The notes under the pieces are model-generated. The model made no database searches. It saw nothing but the letters and a program-made list of their open reading frames with translations, and was not told the DNA's origin. This document shows, one piece after another, positions 29,741-38,320 of a stretch of 64,000 nucleotides of DNA. Source of the DNA: Bacteroidales bacterium. GTDB lineage: Bacteria > Bacteroidota > Bacteroidia > Bacteroidales > CAIWKO01. Position 1 is the stretch's first letter. Every line of letters begins with the position of its first letter. The position numbers were made by a program, and so were the translations under genes. The DNA lies in the NCBI GenBank assembly GCA_963678485.1, contig OY782882.1, forward strand, positions 1,754,922 through 1,818,921. The letters run 5' to 3'.

Positions 29741-30964
29741 CTACTTTTTCGTGCTTATCCAACGGAAAAAGGCCTTTTGGAGTTTGTTAAGATGTACTCC
29801 GTGTAAAATATCAGATCCCACAATCACATTGATTCTATTCCTGGGTGACAATCTGACTGAGGTCACATTTATGCCATTAATATTGTTCGGAAAAATAAGA
29901 TCAGGATTGCGTTGTAAGAGTTGTGGGTTTATTAGAAAGTATAACCAAATCCCTTTTTGATTTTGAGCAATCCTCAATCTGGAACCGCCTCTAATTCCCG
30001 GAAAGGTATGTGCGGGCCAGCGGTCATTTAATGGGAGTCTCTTATCGTTTATAACAATCATCGCCTCTTTTGATTCAATAGCATGAAGTATAAATGGAAA
30101 CTCGATAAATCCAACATAACCACTGTCAATAAAAACTGCACATTCTGCGTAATTGTATAGCTGTGTGAAGTCACCTTTAAAATCTGACCAAAGAGGAAAT
30201 CTCGAGAATACTGGAAAAATCAATTTAGATTTAGGAGGTAATTTTATAGTCAAAGAAGTATCAGATGGCAGGTCAATTAAAGTATTTTCAATAATGCGAT
30301 TATTATCCACTGACTCATAGATTTTCGCAAGATTCCTGCTATTCCCCATAAATCGACTCCAGATATTTTTCCTTAATCCCGGGCAAATATTTGGATGATT
30401 AACATACTTAGAGTGAGCGGCTAACGAATCAACACTTAATGGAGTCCCATAATCATCGGTGTAATAAATATGATATGTAGGATCCCAGACCTCCCAATGA
30501 TTTTTTACAAAAATCTCTGGAACAACGTGCCCTTCAAGATCAACCACTCTGGTGTCGTATCCCATTGCCCGCCAGATCCATGCGAGCGCCTGTGATTTAT
30601 TCCCACAGAAACCGGAACCAATAGCATTAAAAAAGGTTAATCCATCTTTGATGTCGCGTGCCCCAGCCAGTGGCTTTCGTTGCGACCATGTATAAGTCCC
30701 CATGAAAAGCCATGCTCGCTGATAGTCCTTATCAAGGGCTTTTGGAACGTCCATCTTACGAATAAACTGAATAAGCGAATCTTTCGAAAGAAAGAAAAGC
30801 TGATTTAAAAGACTTGAAATATCAATTTCATGGTCTGTATCATTTGAGATCATTCTTACAGCTTGAGGCTTTTCCCGGGAAATCTCCTTATATGAGATTT
30901 TTTGCCCTTCTGCAATATTAATCCAACAAACTAACCCTAACGCTATAACTAACCAAGCTCTCAT
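29741..30964 (-). CDS. secreted transglutaminase-like (Cys-His-Asp) protein
   Basis: 407 aa with a signal peptide (MRAWLVIALGLVCWINIAEGQ). The transglutaminase core pattern is GFCGNKSQALAWIWRAMGYDTRVVDLEGHVVPEIF...WEVWDP. Confidence 0.7.
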   Translation of the reverse strand: MRAWLVIALGLVCWINIAEGQKISYKEISREKPQAVRMISNDTDHEIDISSLLNQLFFLSKDSLIQFIRKMDVPKALDKDYQRAWLFMGTYTWSQRKPLAGARDIKDGLTFFNAIGSGFCGNKSQALAWIWRAMGYDTRVVDLEGHVVPEIFVKNHWEVWDPTYHIYYTDDYGTPLSVDSLAAHSKYVNHPNICPGLRKNIWSRFMGNSRNLAKIYESVDNNRIIENTLIDLPSDTSLTIKLPPKSKLIFPVFSRFPLWSDFKGDFTQLYNYAECAVFIDSGYVGFIEFPFILHAIESKEAMIVINDKRLPLNDRWPAHTFPGIRGGSRLRIAQNQKGIWLYFLINPQLLQRNPDLIFPNNINGINVTSVRLSPRNRINVIVGSDILHGVHLNKLQKAFFRWISTKK

Positions 30965-32721
30965 TTTTCAAATCTGGCAAACCACATTTCAAGCACTGCT
31001 AACTTCCACAGATGCCAAGGCATCTTTCCTTCAATAAATTTCCCAATAATTTCCGGATTAATAATTCCCTCCTCAACTAAACGGCTTTTATTGAATAACT
31101 GTCGGTAAAAATCCGGTCGATCATAAAACAAATCTGAACCTGTAAATCCTTGCTTTTTGCGAGCAAGAATATTATCGGGAATCTTTCCCTTTAATTCGTT
31201 GAACAGAATTTTCTTATATTGTTCTTTACTGAAATATAATGAACTCTCGTGCGAAAAAATTTCTTCGGCAATCCGGTGATCCAGAAATGCCGGACGCACT
31301 TCAAGTGAATTTGCCATGGAGGCCCTATCCATTTTTGGTAATATCAACTCAGGCAAAAATGTTCTGATATCAAGTAACTGAAGTGACTTTAATACAGGAA
31401 TATCCTTGTTCAAATTGTGCTTATACAGCCAAAATATATCTTCAGGAATTTTACTATGCAGATCCGAATGTAGTGTTTCTTTAAGTATCTCTTTCGAATA
31501 CAAACCCATAGCAGTATATCTGCAGTAAGTATCCAAGGCCATTTTATGAAAATCCGGTCGTTTGAAAAAGGACTTTTTTGTATCAGCAATTTGTTGAGCT
31601 ACTTCATAATACCAATTGTAGCCTCCGAGCACCTCATCGGCACCATCTCCTGATAAAACCACCTTATGTGTTCGAGCAGCTAATGAACAAACGCGAAAAG
31701 TGGGAATAATAGAAATATCGGCAATAGGTTCATCCCAGGCAGAAATGATCTGCTCAGAAAGAAATTCTTCTTCAGATATTAGTTCGGAAGTATTTGGGAT
31801 TTGAAGTGATTTGGCTACTTCGGCAGCAAATACATCCTCGCTTTGTGACCAATTCCTGAATCCGATGGAAAAGCTCATTGGAGATTTCCCCATCTCCTTC
31901 ATTTTTAATGCAATATAACTCGAATCATAGCCACCACTTAGAAATGCTCCAATTGCCTCCTCACCTATCATATGCTCACCCACAGAACGCTGCAACATTT
32001 CACCTATTTTTCGACTGAAATCAGCTTCGTTCTCCTTTTTCTCTGCTACGTTAATTGACCAATACTCAGAAATTGAGAACCCCAATTTACGGTCAATAAT
32101 CATGAATCGTGCTGGTGGAAGCTTATAAACATCTTCGTAGATTGTTTCAGGAGCAGGAATATATCTATAAATCAAATAATTAATTATTGCACTTCGATTT
32201 ATTTTGGGTTTATGAAATGCGACGATAGGCCTAAGCTCCGAAGAAAATATTATCGAATCCTTATTGACCTGGTAATAAAGAGGTTTTATTCCAAAACGAT
32301 CGCGAGCCAAAATAATAGACTCGTTCGTTTGATCAACAATGGCAATGGAAAACATACCATTAAGCTTCGGAAATATATCTACCCCCCATTCTTCATATCC
32401 ATGGAGAATAACTTCAGTATCGGAACTACTTGTGAAAATATGACCGGATTCGACAAGTAACTTCTTTAATTCCTTATAATTATAAATCTCACCATTACAA
32501 ACCAAATGAAGTTTCCCGTCTTCGTTGGCTATAGGTTGTTGAGCTCGCTCTGAGGTGTCGATAATTGCAAGGCGTCTGAACCCTAAGGCAAATTGCCGGT
32601 TCTCAGCTATCCAGCACTGCCCGTCATCCGGCCCACGGTGACTAAGTAAATTATTAAGACCCGTAAACGTATCTCTATCAATAGCTTTTTTCCCATCGAA
32701 CACACCGGTAATCCCGCACAT
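30961..32721 (-). CDS. asnB: asparagine synthetase (glutamine-hydrolysing) family amidotransferase
   Basis: 586 aa. N-terminal nucleophile MCGITGVF, RDRFGIKPLYY, and PP-loop AFLSGGYDSS. It overlaps the downstream gene by 4 nt. Confidence 0.85.
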   Translation of the reverse strand: MCGITGVFDGKKAIDRDTFTGLNNLLSHRGPDDGQCWIAENRQFALGFRRLAIIDTSERAQQPIANEDGKLHLVCNGEIYNYKELKKLLVESGHIFTSSSDTEVILHGYEEWGVDIFPKLNGMFSIAIVDQTNESIILARDRFGIKPLYYQVNKDSIIFSSELRPIVAFHKPKINRSAIINYLIYRYIPAPETIYEDVYKLPPARFMIIDRKLGFSISEYWSINVAEKKENEADFSRKIGEMLQRSVGEHMIGEEAIGAFLSGGYDSSYIALKMKEMGKSPMSFSIGFRNWSQSEDVFAAEVAKSLQIPNTSELISEEEFLSEQIISAWDEPIADISIIPTFRVCSLAARTHKVVLSGDGADEVLGGYNWYYEVAQQIADTKKSFFKRPDFHKMALDTYCRYTAMGLYSKEILKETLHSDLHSKIPEDIFWLYKHNLNKDIPVLKSLQLLDIRTFLPELILPKMDRASMANSLEVRPAFLDHRIAEEIFSHESSLYFSKEQYKKILFNELKGKIPDNILARKKQGFTGSDLFYDRPDFYRQLFNKSRLVEEGIINPEIIGKFIEGKMPWHLWKLAVLEMWFARFEK

Positions 32722-32760
32722 ACTGTTTTGATTTTATATCATTTACGAACAAAAACGAGC

Positions 32761-33714
32761 TTAATGTTTTGACTGGTACTGAGTCTTAAAATAATTCAAC
32801 TCCTCATTGGTGGCAAGCTTAGCGTACTTTTTATATGCTTTAAGGTGCGCCTTAAATTCTGATTTTCTAAGATTTTTAATGTCAGGCAAAGATAACAGAT
32901 GAAAATATTCCTTTTCAAGTGCCTTAAAAACATCCTTTACCAAATTTGAATAATATTCATCTTGCAGAAGGGTTTCAAGCATCTTTATATTATTGATCTT
33001 GAAATCTATAAGACTGTATTTCTTACTAAAACCTTCAGGATGGTCGTGGTACTCTGACCATACTTCATTGAAGTATTTGAATTTACTTTCTTTTAATAAC
33101 CAAAGATGTATCGCCCAACTAATTGATAATCGAAAAGCGCCAAACTTTTTAAAAAACAATTCCAGGTTTGCCTTTCTGAATAAAAGCGACGCGGTTGGAA
33201 TTATCTTTCTTGATAGCGCATCCCATGGAAAAAAATCGCCTGAATATGTATTGAATTGGGAATATGTTTTCCAATGATTATGAAAACGCATCAGATATTC
33301 ACTGCTTCCAATGCCTTCAGGTGCATCCGAAATGATTGCAGCATCATGGAAGCAACCAACATAATCAGGATTACTCTCTAAAAAATCCAACTGTTCCTGC
33401 AGTTTATTCTTATAAATCCAGCGATCATCAGCATCCAGCCAGCAAAGATATTTGCCTCTGGCTATCGCTGCAAATTTCTTGGCTTGTTGAACCGGACCCC
33501 CATTTTTCTCATTCGTAACAACTATGATATTGTCGTGCGATTTGCTCCAACGCTGAATGATCTCGATACTTGCATCTTCTGATGCATCATCCAGAACAAT
33601 AACTTCAACGTTATAAGTGGTTTGCTGACCGAAAACGCTGGCCAATGTATGCTCTATAAACTTCTCATGATTATGACAAAAAACCCCAACACTAACAAGC
33701 GGTAAATCAATCAT
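32761..33714 (-). CDS. glycosyltransferase family 2
   Basis: LVSVGVFCHNHEKFIEHTLASV...VEVIVLDDASEDAS fits the GT2 pattern. The ATG at 33714 (MIDLPLVSV) is preferred over the track start at 33741. It overlaps the PPTase stop by 8 nt. Confidence 0.8.
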   Translation of the reverse strand: MIDLPLVSVGVFCHNHEKFIEHTLASVFGQQTTYNVEVIVLDDASEDASIEIIQRWSKSHDNIIVVTNEKNGGPVQQAKKFAAIARGKYLCWLDADDRWIYKNKLQEQLDFLESNPDYVGCFHDAAIISDAPEGIGSSEYLMRFHNHWKTYSQFNTYSGDFFPWDALSRKIIPTASLLFRKANLELFFKKFGAFRLSISWAIHLWLLKESKFKYFNEVWSEYHDHPEGFSKKYSLIDFKINNIKMLETLLQDEYYSNLVKDVFKALEKEYFHLLSLPDIKNLRKSEFKAHLKAYKKYAKLATNEELNYFKTQYQSKH

Positions 33715-34336
33715 TATTATTTGATTTTCTAAGCATTGCAACTAACACACAGCGTCCGTCGTGACTTACACTCAAATCAGAATATGTCTGCGAACTATTA
33801 TTTGATAATACTGGATAACCGTACAATGGATGATCATGATACGTATTGTTCATTGATTCGTTTTCTTTACTGAATCCAATTTCTTCCAAACACTTACGCG
33901 AAAAAAAATAGTCATCGTAAGTAAATTCCGTGACGCGATAAAAAGCATGAAGCTCCACTTGATTCAACATTTCATGCTCAAGGCAGGCATATGCAGATAT
34001 CGAACGTTCAATCCTTGACAAACTGCACATTACATAACAGTAACTTTCTTTGTATTTTACAGTCAGCTGATATTTCTCGGCAGATCCTTCAGTCCCAATA
34101 GCAGTGATTGTTTGACACTGAAATAATGCCGGCGAAAAAGAGTTCAAATTCAAACACTTAAAAAATAACTTATAGGAACTTTCCTTAGCTGCCCAAAAGA
34201 TTGCAAATTTCTCGGTAGTATCTGCCAATGCACGTTCAATGGCAGTAAACGTCCTTAACTGATAGGTAAGTCGCTCGCTGGAGCCAAACAGCTTAAATAA
34301 TTCGAAATCAACTACATCACAGCCGATAAATGACAT
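33707..34336 (-). CDS. 4'-phosphopantetheinyl transferase family protein
   Basis: 209 aa. IGCDVVDFE and FWAAKESSYK match the PPTase motifs (G.D / W..KE..K). Confidence 0.65.
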   Translation of the reverse strand: MSFIGCDVVDFELFKLFGSSERLTYQLRTFTAIERALADTTEKFAIFWAAKESSYKLFFKCLNLNSFSPALFQCQTITAIGTEGSAEKYQLTVKYKESYCYVMCSLSRIERSISAYACLEHEMLNQVELHAFYRVTEFTYDDYFFSRKCLEEIGFSKENESMNNTYHDHPLYGYPVLSNNSSQTYSDLSVSHDGRCVLVAMLRKSNNND

Positions 34337-34340
34337 GATT

Positions 34341-34583
34341 TCAGGCGGTTTTGCTTTTTATTACTTCGAAAATATCCTTAACACATTTAATTTGCTCGAT
34401 ATCCTCATCGGTAATATTCACCTGAAAATCCTCTTCCATGTCAAGAATAATATCTACAATTCTGGCAGAATTGATTTTAAGGTCTTTAATCAATCCGAAT
34501 TCAGGCGTAAAGTTGGCCCATACATCAGGATTGGGAGTATATTTTTTTAATATGCCAAGAACTTTGTTTTCAATTGTTTCCAT
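34341..34583 (-). CDS. acyl carrier protein (stand-alone, locus-specific)
   Basis: 80 aa and acidic. The DLKINSARIVDI motif places a Ser at the ACP phosphopantetheine attachment position. Confidence 0.75.
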   Translation of the reverse strand: METIENKVLGILKKYTPNPDVWANFTPEFGLIKDLKINSARIVDIILDMEEDFQVNITDEDIEQIKCVKDIFEVIKSKTA

Positions 34584-34593
34584 ATGATAGAAA

Positions 34594-35871
34594 TTAACGT
34601 TTATATTCTTTGAGTACTAAACAAGAATTCACATCCCCGAAGCCAAAACTCGCCTTAATAATACATTTGGGATGATAATCAATGGTTGAATGGGGAATAG
34701 CCTCAGCTCGGATGGCGCTAAGGATTTCGCTATTTACGTCCTCACAATTCAGGTTTGGATGGATAAACCCCTGCTGCATCTCAATGAGTGCGGCGGCGGT
34801 TTCAATTGCTCCGGCTCCTCCGAGTAAATGGCCCGTCATTGATTTAAGGGAGTTGATATAAGGGAAATCGTTAAAACTCCGTCCAAGCGCAGTTTTCCAA
34901 TTGTTCACCTCTATTGCGTCTGCCTTTGTGGCTGTAAGATGGCCTGAGATAAGATCTATTTCCTCTGGTTTTATTGACGCGTTGTGCACAGCTCCTTCAA
35001 TACATTTTAATATGGCTTCGCTATTGGGGGCTGTCATTGTACCACCTTTGCGTTGACCGCCAGTATTCATGAAGCCTCCAGCGATTTCTGCGTAAATTGT
35101 CGCGCCGCGTAACTGTGCTTCCTCTAGTTCTTCAAGAAGTAAAACGGCGCCTCCGGCACCAGGAACAAATCCTGCAGCTGACTGACTCATTGGTCTGCTT
35201 GCTTCCTCCGGTCGGTCGTTAAAACCCTTAGAAAGCACGCGCATCAGGTCGAAAAGACACCAATAATTTGGAGAGTAACAATCAATTCCGCCAACAAGCA
35301 TACGCTTGGCCCGTCCTGCCTGTATATGCTGCGCCCCCATAATAATTGCATCAGTACCAGAAGCACAGGCATTCGAATTCCCAAAATTGGCGTTACCCAA
35401 GGCCAGAATTTTTGTAAGATGTGCGCTGGGAGCACTCACCATGGTTTGTTCAACCATGTCGGATCGCAATTTTTTTATTTGATTGCTGCTAACCATTGGA
35501 GCAATGCGATCACACAGCAAATCCACCGAACCTATCACAGTTCCCAGCACCGAACCACTATCGTAGTCAACTTCTGAATTATAAAGGTCGGGGATTTGTA
35601 AACCTGCATCCTTCCAGGCCTCAAGTCCGGCAATTAAACCATATTTTAAAAAACGGGAAGTATTTGGCAAATTAAAGCGCTCAAGAAAAGACTCAGACTC
35701 TGCATCCAATTCAGGAATTCCACCAACCTGACAACGCATACCCAGCGATTCAAGTTCTGGAATGAAGCGAATTCCGGATCTGCCTGTCCGAATTGCTTCA
35801 GCAAAAGCATTTTTCCCAAAGCCATTTGGGCTGATTACTCCAATACCTGTAACAACAACCCTTTTCATCAT
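34594..35871 (-). CDS. beta-ketoacyl-ACP synthase (KAS I/II type)
   Basis: 425 aa. RVVVTGIGVISPNG, active-site NACASGTDAI, and His motifs SGHLTATKA and SMTGHLLGGAGAIE. Confidence 0.9.
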   Translation of the reverse strand: MMKRVVVTGIGVISPNGFGKNAFAEAIRTGRSGIRFIPELESLGMRCQVGGIPELDAESESFLERFNLPNTSRFLKYGLIAGLEAWKDAGLQIPDLYNSEVDYDSGSVLGTVIGSVDLLCDRIAPMVSSNQIKKLRSDMVEQTMVSAPSAHLTKILALGNANFGNSNACASGTDAIIMGAQHIQAGRAKRMLVGGIDCYSPNYWCLFDLMRVLSKGFNDRPEEASRPMSQSAAGFVPGAGGAVLLLEELEEAQLRGATIYAEIAGGFMNTGGQRKGGTMTAPNSEAILKCIEGAVHNASIKPEEIDLISGHLTATKADAIEVNNWKTALGRSFNDFPYINSLKSMTGHLLGGAGAIETAAALIEMQQGFIHPNLNCEDVNSEILSAIRAEAIPHSTIDYHPKCIIKASFGFGDVNSCLVLKEYKR

Positions 35872-36305
35872 TTTTGTACTTTTGAAAGCATCAGCAAACC
35901 TTTGAGTGTAACATAAATAAGGCCTGCTTCATCCATCATTTTAATTGATGACTTTATTGTTTTATTTCTGAAGTAGATGAGCTCTCCAACAGTAATCATT
36001 GGCTTACCTACTGGGATTTTTTCGTGAAACTGAGCATTAATCTCGTGAAGGATTGGAATATAATCACCGGGATTCTCAACCAAAGCAAAAGCATGCCCCA
36101 CCAATCCAACTTGCCCCATAGCTTCAACAGCAATTACCCCGGGAATCACCTGCTGTTCGGCAAAATGTCCGTTATATACTGGATTATCACTGTGAAAGGT
36201 ATATTTCCCGGAGATTTTCCGCTCATCGATTTGAATAAATTCGTCGACCAGCAAAAAACTTTTGCTATAGGGCAGTATGCTAAGAAGCGCTGCAGGGGCT
36301 ATCAT
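35868..36305 (-). CDS. FabZ/FabA-like hotdog-fold dehydratase
   Basis: The YNGHFAEQQVIPGVIAVEAMGQ motif is present. The ATG at 36305 (MIAPAALL) is preferred, because the track TTG at 36320 falls inside a -7 box. It overlaps the KAS start by 4 nt. Confidence 0.7.
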   Translation of the reverse strand: MIAPAALLSILPYSKSFLLVDEFIQIDERKISGKYTFHSDNPVYNGHFAEQQVIPGVIAVEAMGQVGLVGHAFALVENPGDYIPILHEINAQFHEKIPVGKPMITVGELIYFRNKTIKSSIKMMDEAGLIYVTLKGLLMLSKVQK

Positions 36306-36317
36306 TACTTTTTTTTT

Positions 36318-36325
36318 CAAAGATA
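36318..36325 (-). promoter_or_regulatory. -7 box (TAtcTTTG on minus strand) heading the 21.5-kb minus-strand operon
   Basis: The plus strand reads caaagata, whose reverse complement is tatctttg, 13 nt upstream of the ATG at 36305. Confidence 0.45.
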
Positions 36326-36429
36326 ATTATAAAACACTTCATTTGTTCCAAACACATATAGAATATCAAACACCGATACGTATTCTCCGTCTCCCCCGAA
36401 ACAGTATTGAAAAAGCGCACGGAAATGTC

Positions 36430-36437
36430 TATTTTTG
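36430..36437 (+). promoter_or_regulatory. -7 box (TAttTTTG) for divergent SPASM rSAM gene
   Basis: Match to TAnnTTTG, 20 nt upstream of the ATG at 36458. Confidence 0.45.
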
Positions 36438-36457
36438 TATTCTACTAATCTGTTCGC

Positions 36458-37579
36458 ATGAAGCCGCGGTATTCGATATTATATTTTGAAACTACCCGCA
36501 GATGTAATCTTTCCTGCCCCTATTGCTCGTCGGGATCGCAGAAGCCGGAAGGAAGCTACCCTGCAGATATGACTACGCAACAGATTAAGGATCGCGTACT
36601 AAATCCTGCGCGAAAGCTGGGAACTGAACTGCTCGATTTATCCGGAGGAGAGTTTTTGCTTAGAGACGATGCTCTGGATTTGCTTGATTTTGCTAATAAA
36701 ACAGGATTCAGAATCGCCATGGCGACCAACGGTTTACTGCTTGATGAGGCGCAGGCCAGAGAAATCAAGAGGATAGTGGGAGATAACATCATCATTTCTT
36801 TTGGTATTAATTCTTTTGATGAGCTAAATCCTGAAACCAGAGAAACGAAAGATAGCTTCGTTTTGGAGCGTATTCAAATGCTGGAGCACCTTAATATTCG
36901 GGCAAACATCAGCATTACCATGGGACAATTCAACAAGACCAGCTTTAGCGACACCGTTGCGCGCATACGTGAATTGCATCTCCCATTTAATCGAATTCCC
37001 TTTGTTCCCAGGAATTGCGGTCGATCTGAACTGATGCCGGACAAAGCCTCAATGAGAGATTATTTTCATGAAGTACTGAGAAATAATTACAACGGACAAG
37101 TCAGTTACACGCCCTATTTCCTGCCTCAAGATGTTTATGAAAAAGTTTCAGGTCAGGATTTGAATCGCGAGAAAATTCCTCTTAATCCGCCGGTAGGATG
37201 CTGGGTCGGGGCATACTATGCCATAAATGCTGAAGGGGATGTTTCTCCCTGTCCGATGTTTCTCGACCAGGTTAAAGGTGGGAATGTGCTTGACACCGAC
37301 TTAAAAGAAATTTTATTTGAAAGTGCTCTTTTTAAAACCATCACTAATCGAGACGCCTTAAAAGGAAAATGTGGAAACTGCCGCTACACGCACACTTGCG
37401 GTGGATGTCGCGTAATGGCATATTTTCATACAGGCGATATGTATGCAGAAGATCCAATCTGTTTCATCGATGAACTCAGCGAAAGCGAGCTATCAGGAAT
37501 GGAAGCAGAAACAGTAAAAAGCTTTAGAAATTATGTAAGGATGGCGTATTTCGGAAAGATCTTCCTGCCACCAAAATAA
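36458..37579 (+). CDS. radical SAM/SPASM domain protein (canonical C-terminal SPASM)
   Basis: 373 aa. N-terminal CNLSCPYC and SGGEFLL. The C-terminal SPASM is CWVGAYYAINAEGDVSPCPMF...KCGNCRYTHTCGGC. Confidence 0.9.
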   Translation: MKPRYSILYFETTRRCNLSCPYCSSGSQKPEGSYPADMTTQQIKDRVLNPARKLGTELLDLSGGEFLLRDDALDLLDFANKTGFRIAMATNGLLLDEAQAREIKRIVGDNIIISFGINSFDELNPETRETKDSFVLERIQMLEHLNIRANISITMGQFNKTSFSDTVARIRELHLPFNRIPFVPRNCGRSELMPDKASMRDYFHEVLRNNYNGQVSYTPYFLPQDVYEKVSGQDLNREKIPLNPPVGCWVGAYYAINAEGDVSPCPMFLDQVKGGNVLDTDLKEILFESALFKTITNRDALKGKCGNCRYTHTCGGCRVMAYFHTGDMYAEDPICFIDELSESELSGMEAETVKSFRNYVRMAYFGKIFLPPK

Positions 37580-38147
37580 CATTTACAAACCACTAAGGTT
37601 TTTGTTGATACCAACAAAAGACAAAGCATCGCGGGAAGGTCTCTTACTCTTAAGGCATAACCAAAACAAAGCATGCATCCGTGTTTGCGGACCAAGACGG
37701 ATTGTTGATGAATAACAAATAGTTACAGGTGTTTTTTAGTACAACTAAAAAAACCAAATACTGAATTTTCACATTTAACAAGAGCACAACTAAACGTGTG
37801 GTTTATATTCTTTAATTTCCACCTTTTGCATGAACAAAAGGTGGAGCCAAAATTCTAGTCAAAGCAAAATGCTATCCCCCCGCTCTCGCCAATGGCCGCA
37901 AATCACGCAAGGTAGTGCGGATTTGCTTGCCATTCGCGATTCACAGTCCGCCCACGCCCGCTTGCTTTGACAGGCCCGCGCACACGCTGTGAATATTAGC
38001 ATTGCATAATTTCATTACTGTAAAAGAACCCCAAAGTACTAATGGTTTTGGTCTGATAGACTATTAAAACATGGGTGCTCAAAAAGATTGATAAGTGTAA
38101 TCAATATTGATGGCCAATATTACAAACAATAGCTGCAAAAGGAACTC

Positions 38148-38174
38148 ATTCGCGTTCATTCGTGGTATTCGTAG
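38148..38174 (+). repeat. solitary copy of the 3' hairpin arm of the 13961-14286 repeat family
   Basis: attcgcgttcattcgtggtattcgtag matches attcgtgtccattcgtgaaattcgtag at 23 of 27 positions, counted by eye. Confidence 0.6.
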
Positions 38175-38320
38175 TTGAAGAAAGGTTTTAAAATCTATTG
38201 TTTTCTGTGAATAGTATTCCTACTACTCAACTTTTCCACTTGATCCGTGTTTGCACTTTTGCGTTGCCTGTTTGGTTCGGATCGTAAAGTTTTATGTGAA
38301 AAAAATTCCTACAGCAAATA

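Noticed and set aside
29741-32721. Lasso-peptide B/C pair (transglutaminase-like protease plus asparagine-synthetase-like cyclase).
   Set aside because: The AsnB homolog keeps a functional-looking glutaminase Cys2. The transglutaminase-like protein has a secretion signal. No short precursor ORF is adjacent, and the exporter is ABC-2 type rather than McjD-like. The glycan context explains both genes better.
14838-37579. A RiPP cluster, with many SPASM-like rSAM maturases acting on a peptide.
   Set aside because: I scanned the few intergenic gaps (21179-21290, 32722-32760, 36306-36457 and 37580-38320) on both strands. I found no plausible short precursor ORF, such as one rich in Cys, Gly, Ser or Thr with a ribosome-binding context. 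This cannot be fully excluded, because a precursor could lie outside the window or be shorter than I noticed.
37830-37970. The 46-codon ORF (MNKRWSQNSSQSKMLSPRSRQWPQITQGSADLLAIRDSQSAHARLL) through the GC-rich core.
   Set aside because: It is basic and low-complexity, has no upstream -7 box or hydrophobic core, and coincides exactly with the inverted-repeat structure. It is more likely an RNA or repeat element than a peptide gene.
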